The notes: generated from the letters alone by a model not told the origin. A stretch of DNA of 64,000 bases from Verrucomicrobiota bacterium (GCA_039818205.1 JBCBUK010000013.1:32001-96000); one strand, 5' to 3'; positions 49,953 to 59,903 are shown, counted from the stretch's first letter. Made by a program: numbers and translations.

Positions 49953-51152
49953 CTACAGTGCGTATTTCATCGCCTTTTTGCCGCGGTAGAGCGTCAGGTG
50001 ATTTGAGCCGTTTGGCTTCTCCGACTTTTCAGTGACGCCGATTTGCTGGGCTTCGAGGCCGAACGATTCTACCGCGGCGATAATCTTTTTGACGCTCGAT
50101 TTTGGGCAGAAAACTTCGAGGCGGTGGCCCATGTTGTAAACCTGATACATCTCCTTCCAGGTTGAGCCGCTAACCTTCTGGATGGTCTTGAAGACCGGGG
50201 GCAGGGGCATCAAATTATCCTTTACGAAATGCACCTTCTTGCCGAAACGGAGGCACTTCGATTGCCCACCGCCAGAGCAGTGGACGAGGCCGCGAATCTT
50301 ATCGGGAAAGTCTTTGAGTAGTCTGGCAACGACCGGGGCGTAAGTGCGGGTTGGAGAGAGCAGGGCTTCGCCAACCGTCATGCCTTCACCCTCGGGCAAT
50401 AGATCATCGAGTTTAAATGGACCGCAGTAGACGAGCTCTTTGGGCGTGGTCGCGTCGTAGGTCTCAGGATACTTCTTGCGGTAGTAGGGCGAGAGCAAAT
50501 CGTGACGCGCACTCGTCAGGCCGTTGCTACCAATGCCGCTGTTGGGCGCGTCTTCGTAGTCTGCTTGGCCGGCGGAAGAAATGCCGACAATCGCTAGTCC
50601 CGGGCGAATCTTATCACCCGTAATGACTTGGTCGCGATCAAGGATGGCTGTCGCGCAGGAGTCGACGGTGACGGTGCCCGTCAGGTCGCCCACATCGGCG
50701 GTTTCTCCACCGCCGGAGTGGATGCCAAAACCAAAGTCGCGTAGGCGCTGGAGGAAGGATTCGGTGCCCTGAATCAGCTCCGACAAGGCATCGGCCGGAA
50801 AGCGTCGCGCGTTGCGGTTAACTGTGCTTGAGAGCAGGACGCCTCCAGTGACGCCGACGCAGAGCAGGTCGTCCACATTCATGACGATACTGTCTTGTGC
50901 AATCCCGCGAAATACGGAGGCATCACCCGTTTCCTGATAATGGAGGTAGGCGACACTTGATTTCGTGCCGCTGCCATCGCTGTGGATGACGTTGCACTTG
51001 TCGGGGTTGCCGGTGAGGAAGTCCTCGGTGATTTTGCAAAAGGCGCCGGGGAAGAGCCCACGGTCTAGATTATCCACGGTGGCGTGAACTTCTTTTTTGC
51101 TGCTGGAGACGCCGCGGGCGGCGTAACGACCTTGATCAGTTTTTTTCGGCAT
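49953..51152 (-). CDS. purM: AIR synthase (PurM, Bacteroidota-like long form)
   Basis: [54 protein letters not shown]. Confidence 0.9.
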   Translation of the reverse strand: MPKKTDQGRYAARGVSSSKKEVHATVDNLDRGLFPGAFCKITEDFLTGNPDKCNVIHSDGSGTKSSVAYLHYQETGDASVFRGIAQDSIVMNVDDLLCVGVTGGVLLSSTVNRNARRFPADALSELIQGTESFLQRLRDFGFGIHSGGGETADVGDLTGTVTVDSCATAILDRDQVITGDKIRPGLAIVGISSAGQADYEDAPNSGIGSNGLTSARHDLLSPYYRKKYPETYDATTPKELVYCGPFKLDDLLPEGEGMTVGEALLSPTRTYAPVVARLLKDFPDKIRGLVHCSGGGQSKCLRFGKKVHFVKDNLMPLPPVFKTIQKVSGSTWKEMYQVYNMGHRLEVFCPKSSVKKIIAAVESFGLEAQQIGVTEKSEKPNGSNHLTLYRGKKAMKYAL

Positions 51153-51246
51153 GATGCGTGTGCTGCCTCTACAAAGTCACAGGCCCGCGATAGAAATCAA
51201 TAAAAACCTGAGGAAGACGTGATCACAGTTGTCGGCGACGGGGTCG

Positions 51247-51864
51247 CTAAGCGCCCGTACCGTCATTCTGCCGTTCCCAGTTTGTTCTTACTTCGCGCCT
51301 CCAGATGTGGGCCTCAACGTAGCACCCGGCCCACCCGTCAGCGTTTTTGTGTTTCTGAATTCTTTCCGGGATCTGCATTTTATCCAGATTCGCGATGAGT
51401 TCGGGATAGGTGAAAAGTTTGCCCCAGTATTCTTGTTCCCGCCAGTTTTTGGGGAGGTCATAGAAGAGCGAGGGTGCCTTTGACTGATAGTAGCCGATTA
51501 GGTGGGCATGATCGGGATACATGAACGTCAACTCGTGCTCCTCAAAGTCCGAGACTGCCATCTCCAGCTTCTCGGGATTTCGATAAAGTCCGCACGTTCT
51601 CTCGAACGTACCCAGGAGGGCAAAGTAGGGGCGTCCATTTGGAGTGAAGCCAAACTTTTCGATATACGTTTGGATGAGTAGATCGTCGGCCTCGCGACGC
51701 CACCGTATAAAATCCTCTCCTAGGTCGAATCGATTGTAGCCGACTATCGCGCCCTTCTCTCGGTTCGCGAGATCCTGGACTTCGGTCTCGTCCAGATCAC
51801 ACATGTTGAGGAATGGACCATAGTCGCGCTCGTAGTAGTGCGTGATGTAGTCCGGCGGGATCAT
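51247..51864 (-). CDS. hypothetical protein
   Basis: 205-aa ORF between gcvT and purM; YITHYY, PYFALLG, FMYPD, YVEAHIW. Confidence 0.7.
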   Translation of the reverse strand: MIPPDYITHYYERDYGPFLNMCDLDETEVQDLANREKGAIVGYNRFDLGEDFIRWRREADDLLIQTYIEKFGFTPNGRPYFALLGTFERTCGLYRNPEKLEMAVSDFEEHELTFMYPDHAHLIGYYQSKAPSLFYDLPKNWREQEYWGKLFTYPELIANLDKMQIPERIQKHKNADGWAGCYVEAHIWRREVRTNWERQNDGTGA

Positions 51865-51876
51865 CTTGGAATCGAA

Positions 51877-52971
51877 CTACAGGTGCAGTGGCGGCTTCTT
51901 CGCTGTCATCGGATAGCGCTTGCCTCGGATGTCGACTTCGAGCGTGGATTCGTCGGCGTTACTTTGGACAAGTGCGCTGCCGATTGGTTGATTGAGGATG
52001 GGCGACTGGGTTCCCGATACGACTTTGCCGACAGCCGCCTCGCCCGAGTAGACAATCGCGCCGTCGCGCGCGATGCGTCGATCATTCAGCGTGAAAAATA
52101 CGATTTTGCGGGCAGGGCCTTCGGCGGCTTGCTGAGATAGCGCAGCTTTGGCGATAAAGTCGCCGGGCTTCTTCAATTTTACGGTCCAGGCAATGCCGCC
52201 TTCCAGCGGTGAAATGTCGTCGGCCAGCTCGTGCCCGTAGAGCGGATAGCCCGCCTCGAGGCGAAGGCTGTCCCGCGAGCCGAGTCCGCAGAGTGCCAGG
52301 CCGAGGGGCTTGCCTTCTTTAAGGATGAGTTCTGCCAGTTGGCGGGCGTGGCCCGAATGGCAATAAATTTCAACGCCCCCTTCGCCCGTGTAGCCGGTTC
52401 CACAGACCAGGCAGGGAAAACTCGCGAGCTCGGTTTCGATGATGCCGAAGCGTTTTACCGCAAGTGTCTTGCCGGTGGGCACCTGGGCGACGGCGTTGAG
52501 GATCTCCATCGCCTTCGGTCCCTGCAACGCGAGTTGCGCATAGGTTTCCGAGACATCTTCGACGCTCACGTCAAAGCCCGTGGTCTGGGCTTGGATCCAG
52601 TCGACGTCCTTTTGGGTGTTGGACGCGTTGATGCAGACCAAAAATTCTGTTTCCCGGAGTCGGTAGACAATCAAGTCATCCACAACGCCGCCATTCGGGT
52701 GGCACATGGGAGAGTAGACGCCTTTGCCCACGGGCGTGCCCGCGATCTTGTTAGGCAGTAGGTAGTCCAGGAACGCTTCGGCGCCCGCACCGGTAACCAG
52801 CACTTCACCCATGTGGCTGACATCGAACAGGCCTGCGCGTTCGCGGACGGCTCGGTGCTCGTCGAGGATGGTCGTATACTGGACAGGCATTTCCCAACCC
52901 GCGAACGGCACGAGGCGGGCACCATGGTCCTGGTGAAATGCATACAGGGGGGTGTGCTTCAGCTCACTCAT
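51877..52971 (-). CDS. gcvT: glycine cleavage system aminomethyltransferase
   Basis: FAGWEMPVQY, FDVSHMGE, TGYTGE, RDSLRLEAG. Confidence 0.97.
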   Translation of the reverse strand: MSELKHTPLYAFHQDHGARLVPFAGWEMPVQYTTILDEHRAVRERAGLFDVSHMGEVLVTGAGAEAFLDYLLPNKIAGTPVGKGVYSPMCHPNGGVVDDLIVYRLRETEFLVCINASNTQKDVDWIQAQTTGFDVSVEDVSETYAQLALQGPKAMEILNAVAQVPTGKTLAVKRFGIIETELASFPCLVCGTGYTGEGGVEIYCHSGHARQLAELILKEGKPLGLALCGLGSRDSLRLEAGYPLYGHELADDISPLEGGIAWTVKLKKPGDFIAKAALSQQAAEGPARKIVFFTLNDRRIARDGAIVYSGEAAVGKVVSGTQSPILNQPIGSALVQSNADESTLEVDIRGKRYPMTAKKPPLHL

Positions 52972-53007
52972 ACCCGCAGATTGTCTAACAATCCGATGAT
53001 CTCCACT

Positions 53008-53041
53008 AAAAAACCCGGATTTTTCGAAAAAACCCGGGTTT
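53008..53041 (-). terminator. rho-independent terminator of the PEGA gene
   Basis: Imperfect AAACCCGG...CCGGGTTT stem with an A-run on its left (T-run on the minus strand). Confidence 0.65.
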
Positions 53042-53068
53042 CAGAAAGCGTTATACGACCTGTTGATT

Positions 53069-53575
53069 TTAGCGCGAGTAGAACTCAACGATTTGATCCA
53101 CGATGTATTTGTGCTCAACCGGGCCGATTTGGCCAGACTCACGACGCATGTCGATCTCAGTGATCAACGATGCCATTTCGTTATAGGCGTCGGGGCCGCG
53201 GTATTCGGGCAAAATGTCGGTGACCATGCGAGCGCGCACTGGGCTCGGGTCGAGGTCGTAGTAGAGCCCCGTGTCTTCCATTAGGCCAAAACGTACAAAT
53301 CCCTTGCCGGCATCGTTGCGGGTTGGAGCGATGACTTCACGGTAAGGCTTATAGCCTGGTTTTTCGACGACAACTTGGTGAGCGATCAGGCGCCCAAGCT
53401 CCAATTTGGATGGGGTATTCCCCACGCTCTCGCCATCAACAGATAGCGCGGCGTTGGTTGGGAAAGAGTATACGGCAACTTCCTGGTCGAAGCCTTTTTC
53501 AAACAATTCGCAACCGGAGAAGGTAAAGGACGCAGCTAACGCCAGGGTGGCAACAAGAATTCGAGGTCTTTGCAT
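53069..53575 (-). CDS. PEGA-domain lipoprotein
   Basis: FSGC lipobox; SFPTNAALSVDG..GNTP, HQVVVEKPGY. Confidence 0.82.
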   Translation of the reverse strand: MQRPRILVATLALAASFTFSGCELFEKGFDQEVAVYSFPTNAALSVDGESVGNTPSKLELGRLIAHQVVVEKPGYKPYREVIAPTRNDAGKGFVRFGLMEDTGLYYDLDPSPVRARMVTDILPEYRGPDAYNEMASLITEIDMRRESGQIGPVEHKYIVDQIVEFYSR

Positions 53576-53772
53576 AACGTAAATGGTTAACAGGGAGATA
53601 CATGAAACGTGTATTTTTTTTACCGGTCAAGGTAGAAAGATTACAATCACGATAATTGCGTAAAATGTTATCACTTTCTAGCCGATATTTCCTATGATCT
53701 GCTTTACGATTTACCAATGGCGTGGGATATGCTTGCTATTCTCCACTGCCCACGATGACATATTATATATTC

Positions 53773-53847
53773 ATGGCTACCATTAAAACAGACGATCCGG
53801 AACCTTTCCCTAGAACCGCGGGCCGCGTGCCCGCACCCCTGCGATGA
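53773..53847 (+). CDS. putative Pro-rich leader peptide (24 aa)
   Basis: MATIKTDDPEPFPRTAGRVPAPLR*; stop overlaps the start of the CNNM gene (ATGA). Confidence 0.4.
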   Translation: MATIKTDDPEPFPRTAGRVPAPLR

Positions 53848-54947
53848 GCCCTGAAGTAGCATTCTTCGTCGCAGCAGTTGCATTCACCCTGGTGGTTTCG
53901 GGCTTTTGTTCGTTGCTCGAGGCGATGATATTGAGCACGACGACCGTTGAGATCGAGAATCTCAAACAGAAGTCGCCCAAGCGTGGAGAACTCCTAGAGG
54001 AGTTTAAGACCGACATTGAGGAGACCTCGTCAGCCATTTTGACGCTTAACACCGTTGCCAACACCCTGGGCGCAACACTTTCGGGTGGTTTAGCCGTGAA
54101 AATCGCTTTGAGCGGCTCCCTCTTTAGCCAGGGGTTTGCCCAAAATGGTTTCCCGTATGCGCTCACCGCATTCATTTTAATTTTCTCGGAGGTTATCCCC
54201 AAGAACGTGGGCGTTCTGTATCGTTCGGGTCTGCAACCGTTGATGGTATATCCCTTGTGGGCCGTTCGGTTCGCGATGTGGCCGATTTCTCAGATTTGTA
54301 AGGTGATTGTTCGATTGATTGCGGGCAAAAAGAACACGGAGGAGACGGGTGAAGAAGAGATCATCCTGATGGCGGAAAAAAGCGCTAAAGATGGCAATTT
54401 GACCAAGGACGAATCTGCAATCATTTCCAACGCACTCAGCCTGGATGACGTAAAGGTTGCTGAGATTATGACACCCCGCACGGTGGTCTCGGCTTTCGAG
54501 TGTTTGGAAACGATCGGCGATATTTTTGCCCGCATGCCGAATATCCCCTTTGCTCGGTTGCCGGTCTATGATGAAAATATTGATCAGATTGTCGGGGTCG
54601 TGCGTCGCCGTGATCTGCTCAAGGCGAAGGCGGAGGACCGGGATTCGGTTACGGTGAAACGCCTCATGCAGGAGGTGATTTTTATTCCGGATACCGCCAA
54701 CGCGGCACACGCGTTGCAGCAGTTTCTAAAGAGTCACCAGCAGTTGGCCGCGGTGGTCGACGAGTTTGGCTCGGTTTCAGGGGTGGTCACCATGGAGGAC
54801 ATCATGGAGCACATCCTCGGGCAGGAGATTTTCGAGAAGGACGATGTCGCTGTCGACATGCGAGAGCTTGCCCGGCGAAAACAAATATCGGAAGCTCGGC
54901 GCGAGGCTCGAGGATCCGAAGAACGACTCGCCCGTGACGCTAGCTAG
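53844..54947 (+). CDS. CNNM (DUF21) + CBS-pair protein (CorB/HlyC Mg2+ transporter family)
   Basis: SGFCSLLEA, ILTLNTVAN, SEVIPK, IMTPR, VVDEFG, TMEDIMEHILG. Confidence 0.92.
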   Translation: MSPEVAFFVAAVAFTLVVSGFCSLLEAMILSTTTVEIENLKQKSPKRGELLEEFKTDIEETSSAILTLNTVANTLGATLSGGLAVKIALSGSLFSQGFAQNGFPYALTAFILIFSEVIPKNVGVLYRSGLQPLMVYPLWAVRFAMWPISQICKVIVRLIAGKKNTEETGEEEIILMAEKSAKDGNLTKDESAIISNALSLDDVKVAEIMTPRTVVSAFECLETIGDIFARMPNIPFARLPVYDENIDQIVGVVRRRDLLKAKAEDRDSVTVKRLMQEVIFIPDTANAAHALQQFLKSHQQLAAVVDEFGSVSGVVTMEDIMEHILGQEIFEKDDVAVDMRELARRKQISEARREARGSEERLARDAS

Positions 54948-55398
54948 CGTCGTCTTCGGTGATCAGCCACCGTTGGGCGTCTTTTTCCCGGGTGAACAAT
55001 TTGATCGTCGCAGAGATTTTTCCGGCGCTGAGTGACAAAAACTGACGGGAGCTGCCGTAGGCGACCATATCTGGCAACAGGATTGCTGTTCTGCTGTTAC
55101 CAATTCGCTCATTATTGTTCTGATGCACTCGGCTCGCATTCATCATCGCTTCGTAATCAACGCTCTCAAAGCTGAGTTCGCGATGATCGAAGAAGGTTTT
55201 GGTGCCGGGCTGCCATTTCTCGTGATCAAGAATGTCCTGAACCATTTGCGCTTGGCCCTCGGCGGTGTATCGTCCCCTAGTAACCACGGTCACCGCGCCA
55301 TTTGCCGCGAAGGAAATCTCCCACGACATGGTCTCTTCACCGAGGTGCTGCGCCTTCAGCGCTGGGTTTAAGGAACGACTTGCCATTGACTTGTTCAT
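54940..55398 (-). CDS. hypothetical protein, possibly SpoIIAA/STAS-like fold
   Basis: FFDHR, RTAIL..D...YG, KLF...DA.RWL pattern; start may be 55329. Confidence 0.6.
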   Translation of the reverse strand: MNKSMASRSLNPALKAQHLGEETMSWEISFAANGAVTVVTRGRYTAEGQAQMVQDILDHEKWQPGTKTFFDHRELSFESVDYEAMMNASRVHQNNNERIGNSRTAILLPDMVAYGSSRQFLSLSAGKISATIKLFTREKDAQRWLITEDDAS

Positions 55399-55485
55399 TT
55401 TAAAGAATCGACTTTTTTCCGATCAGCTTGAGGTAGAATTTTGTTACAACGTCGAACAGTCCGTCATTTTTGCAGTCTCAGGGGT

Positions 55486-56457
55486 ATGCGCTTTATAGCG
55501 ATTCTTGTATTAACTTCTTTAGTCGGAAATTGTTACGGCACTTTTCGAGCGCCATCACTGTCGCGATTTTCGGTCACCCAATTGGTCCAGGGGCCGGTTT
55601 TGCAGCGCAATTACCCGGATGCACTCCCAACGTTGCTGGAAACAATTAACGGAACAACGACCTTCGACATTAACCTCGACCCGGTTTTTATTGAGAGCTT
55701 TGCGGATCCCAAGCTCCTCGAGCATCCGATTTGTTACGTCAATTTTGGCGACCGGCCGGATTGGGAACTAACGGAGGAAGAGCGGGACAACCTGCGTGGC
55801 TTCTTGGACCGTGGCGGATTCCTCTACATTGATGCCGGAATTAACGCTGATTTCCTGCGAGAATCGAATCCTGCGTACAGCCAGAGTCACAGTTTTGCGG
55901 AGTGGCGGGTGAGTCCCGAGCTTGAAGAGGTGTTTCGCGAGATCTATCCCAGTGAGCGCTTTCGAGCCTTGCCGCGAGATCACTCGCTCTTTCGTTCCTT
56001 TCATGCCGGTCTTCCGGATGCCGAAGTATTGCCCGAAACCGTTCGCGACTTTGTGGTGAACGAGAAATGGCCGCAGGGTACCTATTCGGCGATGGGATTG
56101 GAGCTTGATGGCCGTCTGGCCGTCCTGTGCATGCCGATCCTGGCAATGGGCTGGGGGCAGAATGAAACCGGGCAGTGGACGACGTTTATTGGGTTTCGCA
56201 TCCGCGAAGGAGCGGAGGGTCTGTCCGAGCGCCTTTCGGAAGCGGCCTACACGGGCACGCGCTTTGAGGTTGTTCGCGAAGATGGTCGCCAGGACATCAT
56301 CTACACTCAGCAGGAAGCGATGCCGGCTTGGGTTCAGGAACCCAGTGGCGATTGGCGCGTATTTCGCTATTATTACACGCCCGAGATCAGCGACTACGCC
56401 CACCGTTTTTACACTCAGCTCGGCGTGAATGTCTTCGTTTATGCGTTTACGCGTTAG
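55486..56457 (+). CDS. DUF4159-like domain protein
   Basis: NLRGFLDRGGFLYIDAG, LPRDHSLF, LGVNVFVYA. Confidence 0.75.
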   Translation: MRFIAILVLTSLVGNCYGTFRAPSLSRFSVTQLVQGPVLQRNYPDALPTLLETINGTTTFDINLDPVFIESFADPKLLEHPICYVNFGDRPDWELTEEERDNLRGFLDRGGFLYIDAGINADFLRESNPAYSQSHSFAEWRVSPELEEVFREIYPSERFRALPRDHSLFRSFHAGLPDAEVLPETVRDFVVNEKWPQGTYSAMGLELDGRLAVLCMPILAMGWGQNETGQWTTFIGFRIREGAEGLSERLSEAAYTGTRFEVVREDGRQDIIYTQQEAMPAWVQEPSGDWRVFRYYYTPEISDYAHRFYTQLGVNVFVYAFTR

Positions 56458-56471
56458 CGGTGTTTGGAGCG

Positions 56472-56786
56472 ATGCCTAAGCGATCAAGAAAGTTGATCAA
56501 TGGCGAAGTGCTGCCGTCACATATGCAGGTTGGCAAGGCTCCGCGGGGTGCGGTTCCAGCAGACCGGAGACAATTGGACCACATAAACACCTACGGTGAC
56601 TTGCCGGAGTACTATGTGGATTACCCGTTTACCTGCGTCGATTGCGGCAAGGAAGAAGTTTGGAAAGCCGAGCAGCAAAAATGGTATTATGAAGAAGCCA
56701 AAGGGCACATTGATGCATTTGCCAAGCGGTGCCGTCCGTGTCGCAAACGGCGTAAGGAAAACGGATCTCGCAAGGCGAGCCATTGA
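56472..56786 (+). CDS. zinc-ribbon domain protein
   Basis: FTCVDCG...EQQKWYYE...RCRPCR. Confidence 0.8.
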   Translation: MPKRSRKLINGEVLPSHMQVGKAPRGAVPADRRQLDHINTYGDLPEYYVDYPFTCVDCGKEEVWKAEQQKWYYEEAKGHIDAFAKRCRPCRKRRKENGSRKASH

Positions 56787-56843
56787 CTTCTTGTATTATT
56801 AAAATTTCTTGCGGTCGGGATTCGTTGAGCTGATAAAGGCGCG

Positions 56844-57146
56844 GTGCTGGACGAACCCCCTACGAAGTCTCTGCTGATCCAACGCTATTGGCGCACCAAC
56901 GTGGCCATTACCCTCGGTTTGCTCTGTATTTGGGCAAGTGTCAGCTTTGGTGCGGGCATTTTGTTCGCCGATACCCTGGAGGAGATTTATCTTTTTGGGA
57001 GTGGGTACCCGCTGGGGTTCTGGTTTGCGCAGCAGGGGTCGATCATCGTTTTTGTTTTCCTGATCCTCGTCTATGCGCTGGCCATGAATGCACTCGATCG
57101 CCGGCATAAACGGGCGTTGGCAGCTGTAGACGGAGGGCAATCCTGA
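56844..57146 (+). CDS. small membrane partner of a solute:sodium symporter (DUF4212-like)
   Basis: YWR.N, GYPLGFWFAQQGSI; coupled to the symporter. Confidence 0.88.
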   Translation: MLDEPPTKSLLIQRYWRTNVAITLGLLCIWASVSFGAGILFADTLEEIYLFGSGYPLGFWFAQQGSIIVFVFLILVYALAMNALDRRHKRALAAVDGGQS

Positions 57147-59035
57147 TGAGCGTGCTCTTTTGGACCTATGCCTTTGTGGGCTTAACGTTTGCGTTGTATC
57201 TGGGAATTGCCTGGTGGGCGCGGGTGGCGGATACCAAGGGCTTTTATGTCGCCGGGCGCGGGGTGCCCGCGGCGGCCAATGGCATGGCAACAGCGGCCGA
57301 TTGGATGAGTGCGGCGTCGTTTATCTCGATGGCCGGCTTGATTTCTACCATGGGTTACGCTGGTGGAGTTTATTTGATGGGTTGGACCGGCGGATACGTC
57401 CTGTTGGCCTTGTTGATTGCTCCGTACCTACGGAAGTTTGGGCACTACACGGTGCCTGATTTTGTGGGCGACCGCTTCGGCCTAAGCCGGAAACCCGACC
57501 AGATGAATACGATGTGGCAACGCATTTTAGCCAACCCGGCTCGAGTGGTTGCGGTGATTTGCGCCTTGTTTGTCAGCTTTACCTATGTCGCCGGGCAGAT
57601 GCGTGGGGTCGGGGTGGTCTTTAGTCGATTCCTCGAAGTCGATGTGAACACCGGCGTGATTATTGGCATGGTCATCGTTTTCATCTACGCGACGTTGGGT
57701 GGGATGAAGGGCATTACCTGGACGCAGGTGGCCCAGTATTGGGTTCTGATTACCGCGTTTTTGGTGCCAACGATCGCGATTTCCATTCAGCTTACCGGAA
57801 GTTTCGTTCCACAGGCGGGTTTGGGGGCCGAGATTACCGGTCAGGGAATCATGTTATTGGATCGTCTGGACGGTATTCACAAGGACCTTGGCTTTAATAG
57901 CTACACCGAACCCTTTGTTGGTGGTTGGGATAAAGCCAACGTGTTTTTGGTGACGCTTGCGCTAATGGCCGGAACGGCGGGTCTGCCGCATGTAATCGTT
58001 CGTTTCTACACGGTTAAGTCGCCTTCGGCGGCACGCTGGAGTGCGTTCTGGGCACTGCTCTTTATTTCGGGTCTTTACCTGACCGCGCCAGCCTTGGCTG
58101 GATTCGCCCGCTATTATATGATTACCACGCTCAACGGAGCGAGTGAGCAGCAGTTGCCCGCCTGGTTTGAAAGCTGGGAGGAAACTGGGCTCATTTTGTG
58201 GCTCGACGACGGCGACAACTCTCTGCGCTTTTCCAACACAGAGGACAACGAGATATTCCGCAAGGGAACCCTAAGCGAGAAGGAGCTTCGCGATATTTAC
58301 ACGCAACACCAGGAGTGGTTGAGCACCGGTGGCACCTTGGGTGTGGATGGGCGGGTGGTCTTGCGAGAGGCGGGACTTAGCGGGCCGGATCGAGACATTA
58401 TTGTACTGGCTACACCGGAGATGGCGGGGCTGGCCAACTGGATTATTGCGTTTGTTGCTGCAGGCGGATTGGCGGCGGCATTGTCGACCGCGAGTGGCTT
58501 GCTCTTGGTGATCTCCTCGTCGGTGGCGCACGATTTGTATTTTCGGATCTTGAGGCCCGAGGCGTCGGATAAGCAACGCCTGGCCATTGGTCGTGGTGTG
58601 ATTGGCTTGGCCGTTGTCGTGGCCGGAATTTTTGGAATCTACCCGCCTGGATTTGTGGGGCAGGTGGTTGCCTTTGCCTTCGGGCTGGCGGCTGCGAGTT
58701 TCTTCCCGATCATAATCTTAGGTATTTTCAATCGTCGGGTTGGTGCAATGCCAGCGGTGTTCGGCATGCTCGCAGGATTGAGCTTCACGGTTTTCTACAT
58801 CGTCGCCGTTGTCTACTTTGATATGGCGCCATGGACCTTCTTTGGCCTCTCAGAGTCCGGTATCAAGCCGTCGGCAATTGGCGTGTTTGGCATGCTGATT
58901 AACTTTGCAGTCTCGCTTGGTCTGGCACCTTTGTTCGAAAAGCCGGGCCCCGAGATTCAGCAGCTGATCGACTCGGTGCGGGAGCCCGAGGATGCGAGCC
59001 CACCCACGAATATCGACGACGCCCCCGAGCACTGA
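57146..59035 (+). CDS. sodium:solute symporter, ActP-like (acetate/monocarboxylate)
   Basis: NGMATAADWMSAASF, APYLRKFG.YTVPDF, GGMKGITWTQVAQY, GTAGLPH, AAALSTASGLL. Confidence 0.92.
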   Translation: MSVLFWTYAFVGLTFALYLGIAWWARVADTKGFYVAGRGVPAAANGMATAADWMSAASFISMAGLISTMGYAGGVYLMGWTGGYVLLALLIAPYLRKFGHYTVPDFVGDRFGLSRKPDQMNTMWQRILANPARVVAVICALFVSFTYVAGQMRGVGVVFSRFLEVDVNTGVIIGMVIVFIYATLGGMKGITWTQVAQYWVLITAFLVPTIAISIQLTGSFVPQAGLGAEITGQGIMLLDRLDGIHKDLGFNSYTEPFVGGWDKANVFLVTLALMAGTAGLPHVIVRFYTVKSPSAARWSAFWALLFISGLYLTAPALAGFARYYMITTLNGASEQQLPAWFESWEETGLILWLDDGDNSLRFSNTEDNEIFRKGTLSEKELRDIYTQHQEWLSTGGTLGVDGRVVLREAGLSGPDRDIIVLATPEMAGLANWIIAFVAAGGLAAALSTASGLLLVISSSVAHDLYFRILRPEASDKQRLAIGRGVIGLAVVVAGIFGIYPPGFVGQVVAFAFGLAAASFFPIIILGIFNRRVGAMPAVFGMLAGLSFTVFYIVAVVYFDMAPWTFFGLSESGIKPSAIGVFGMLINFAVSLGLAPLFEKPGPEIQQLIDSVREPEDASPPTNIDDAPEH

Positions 59036-59085
59036 TTCGTGGACCACATGCCACTCTGATTTAGGCGTCCAAGATCTGGATTTTT

Positions 59086-59126
59086 ATGTAAAGTAAGCTT
59101 TACATTTTGTAATGTATGTTTAACAT
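59086..59126. promoter_or_regulatory. tandem palindromic operators, likely for the adjacent XRE regulator
   Basis: ATGTAAAG-TAAG-CTTTACAT (59086-59105) and degenerate TTGTAATG-TATG-TTTAACAT (59107-59126). Confidence 0.65.
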
Positions 59127-59616
59127 GAGTGGGATGAAAGCTATTTTGCACGACATGACCCAGCAGGAGCGAGTTGCTTGGGTGACGGTCGCGATCACCT
59201 CGCTGGTCGCTGTCTATTATTGCATGAATGTCCCGATCTCATTGACGCCCGATGACCTCTATTCGCGATCGATGCGACAGGTGGTGTCTATTTGCCTCGC
59301 GCTCGCAATCGGTATGGAAATCTTAAGCCATTTTCTCTCTCGTTCGAACGGAGACAAGACGGAGGAGGATGAACGCGATATTCAGATTCGGGAAAAAGCA
59401 ACAACGGTCGCCCACAACTCAATGATTGGTTTCGCGGTTTTGTTGATCGTGCAAATCGTGTTTTTGCAGGGGATCACTCGCGCTTCGTGGGGCGCTGGTC
59501 TTGATTTGTCCTTGTTGGGTGAGCTCGGGGTGGCGAATTTGCTACTGCGTATTTTGATCCTGACGAGCATTATCCAACACTTGGCGATAATCATTTACTA
59601 CCGCCGAGGTGTCTAG
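59125..59616 (+). CDS. membrane protein (DUF2178-like) paired with an XRE regulator
   Basis: Four TM helices, EDERDIQI motif, YYRRG terminus. Confidence 0.75.
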   Translation: MSGMKAILHDMTQQERVAWVTVAITSLVAVYYCMNVPISLTPDDLYSRSMRQVVSICLALAIGMEILSHFLSRSNGDKTEEDERDIQIREKATTVAHNSMIGFAVLLIVQIVFLQGITRASWGAGLDLSLLGELGVANLLLRILILTSIIQHLAIIIYYRRGV

Positions 59617-59617
59617 C

Positions 59618-59839
59618 GTGAGCGGTTTGAAAATTACGAATCAGGTGAAGCGGCTTCGCTTTTTGAATGGAGAACTTACTCAGGCTCAGCTTGCAGATAA
59701 GATCGGAGTTACCCGACAAACCATCCACGCAATTGAAACGGGAAAGTACCAGCCGTCGTTGGAAGTCGCCTTCAAGCTAAGCAACGCCTTTGGGGTTACA
59801 ATCGAGGACGTCTTTGAAGTTACCGGTGAGACAGTCTAG
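59618..59839 (+). CDS. XRE-family HTH transcriptional regulator
   Basis: LTQAQLADKIGVTRQTIHAIETGKYQPSLEVA. Confidence 0.93.
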   Translation: MSGLKITNQVKRLRFLNGELTQAQLADKIGVTRQTIHAIETGKYQPSLEVAFKLSNAFGVTIEDVFEVTGETV

Positions 59840-59903
59840 CGATTATACCTTCAAGCGGGAAGCAGGGTATTTGAAGGGCGTCCAAACTCTCTCAATCAAC
59901 TAA

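Noticed and set aside
52972..53068. Glycine riboswitch upstream of gcvT
   Set aside because: The gap is under 100 bp, largely occupied by a terminator, and lacks the GGAGA...CTCTCAGG elements.
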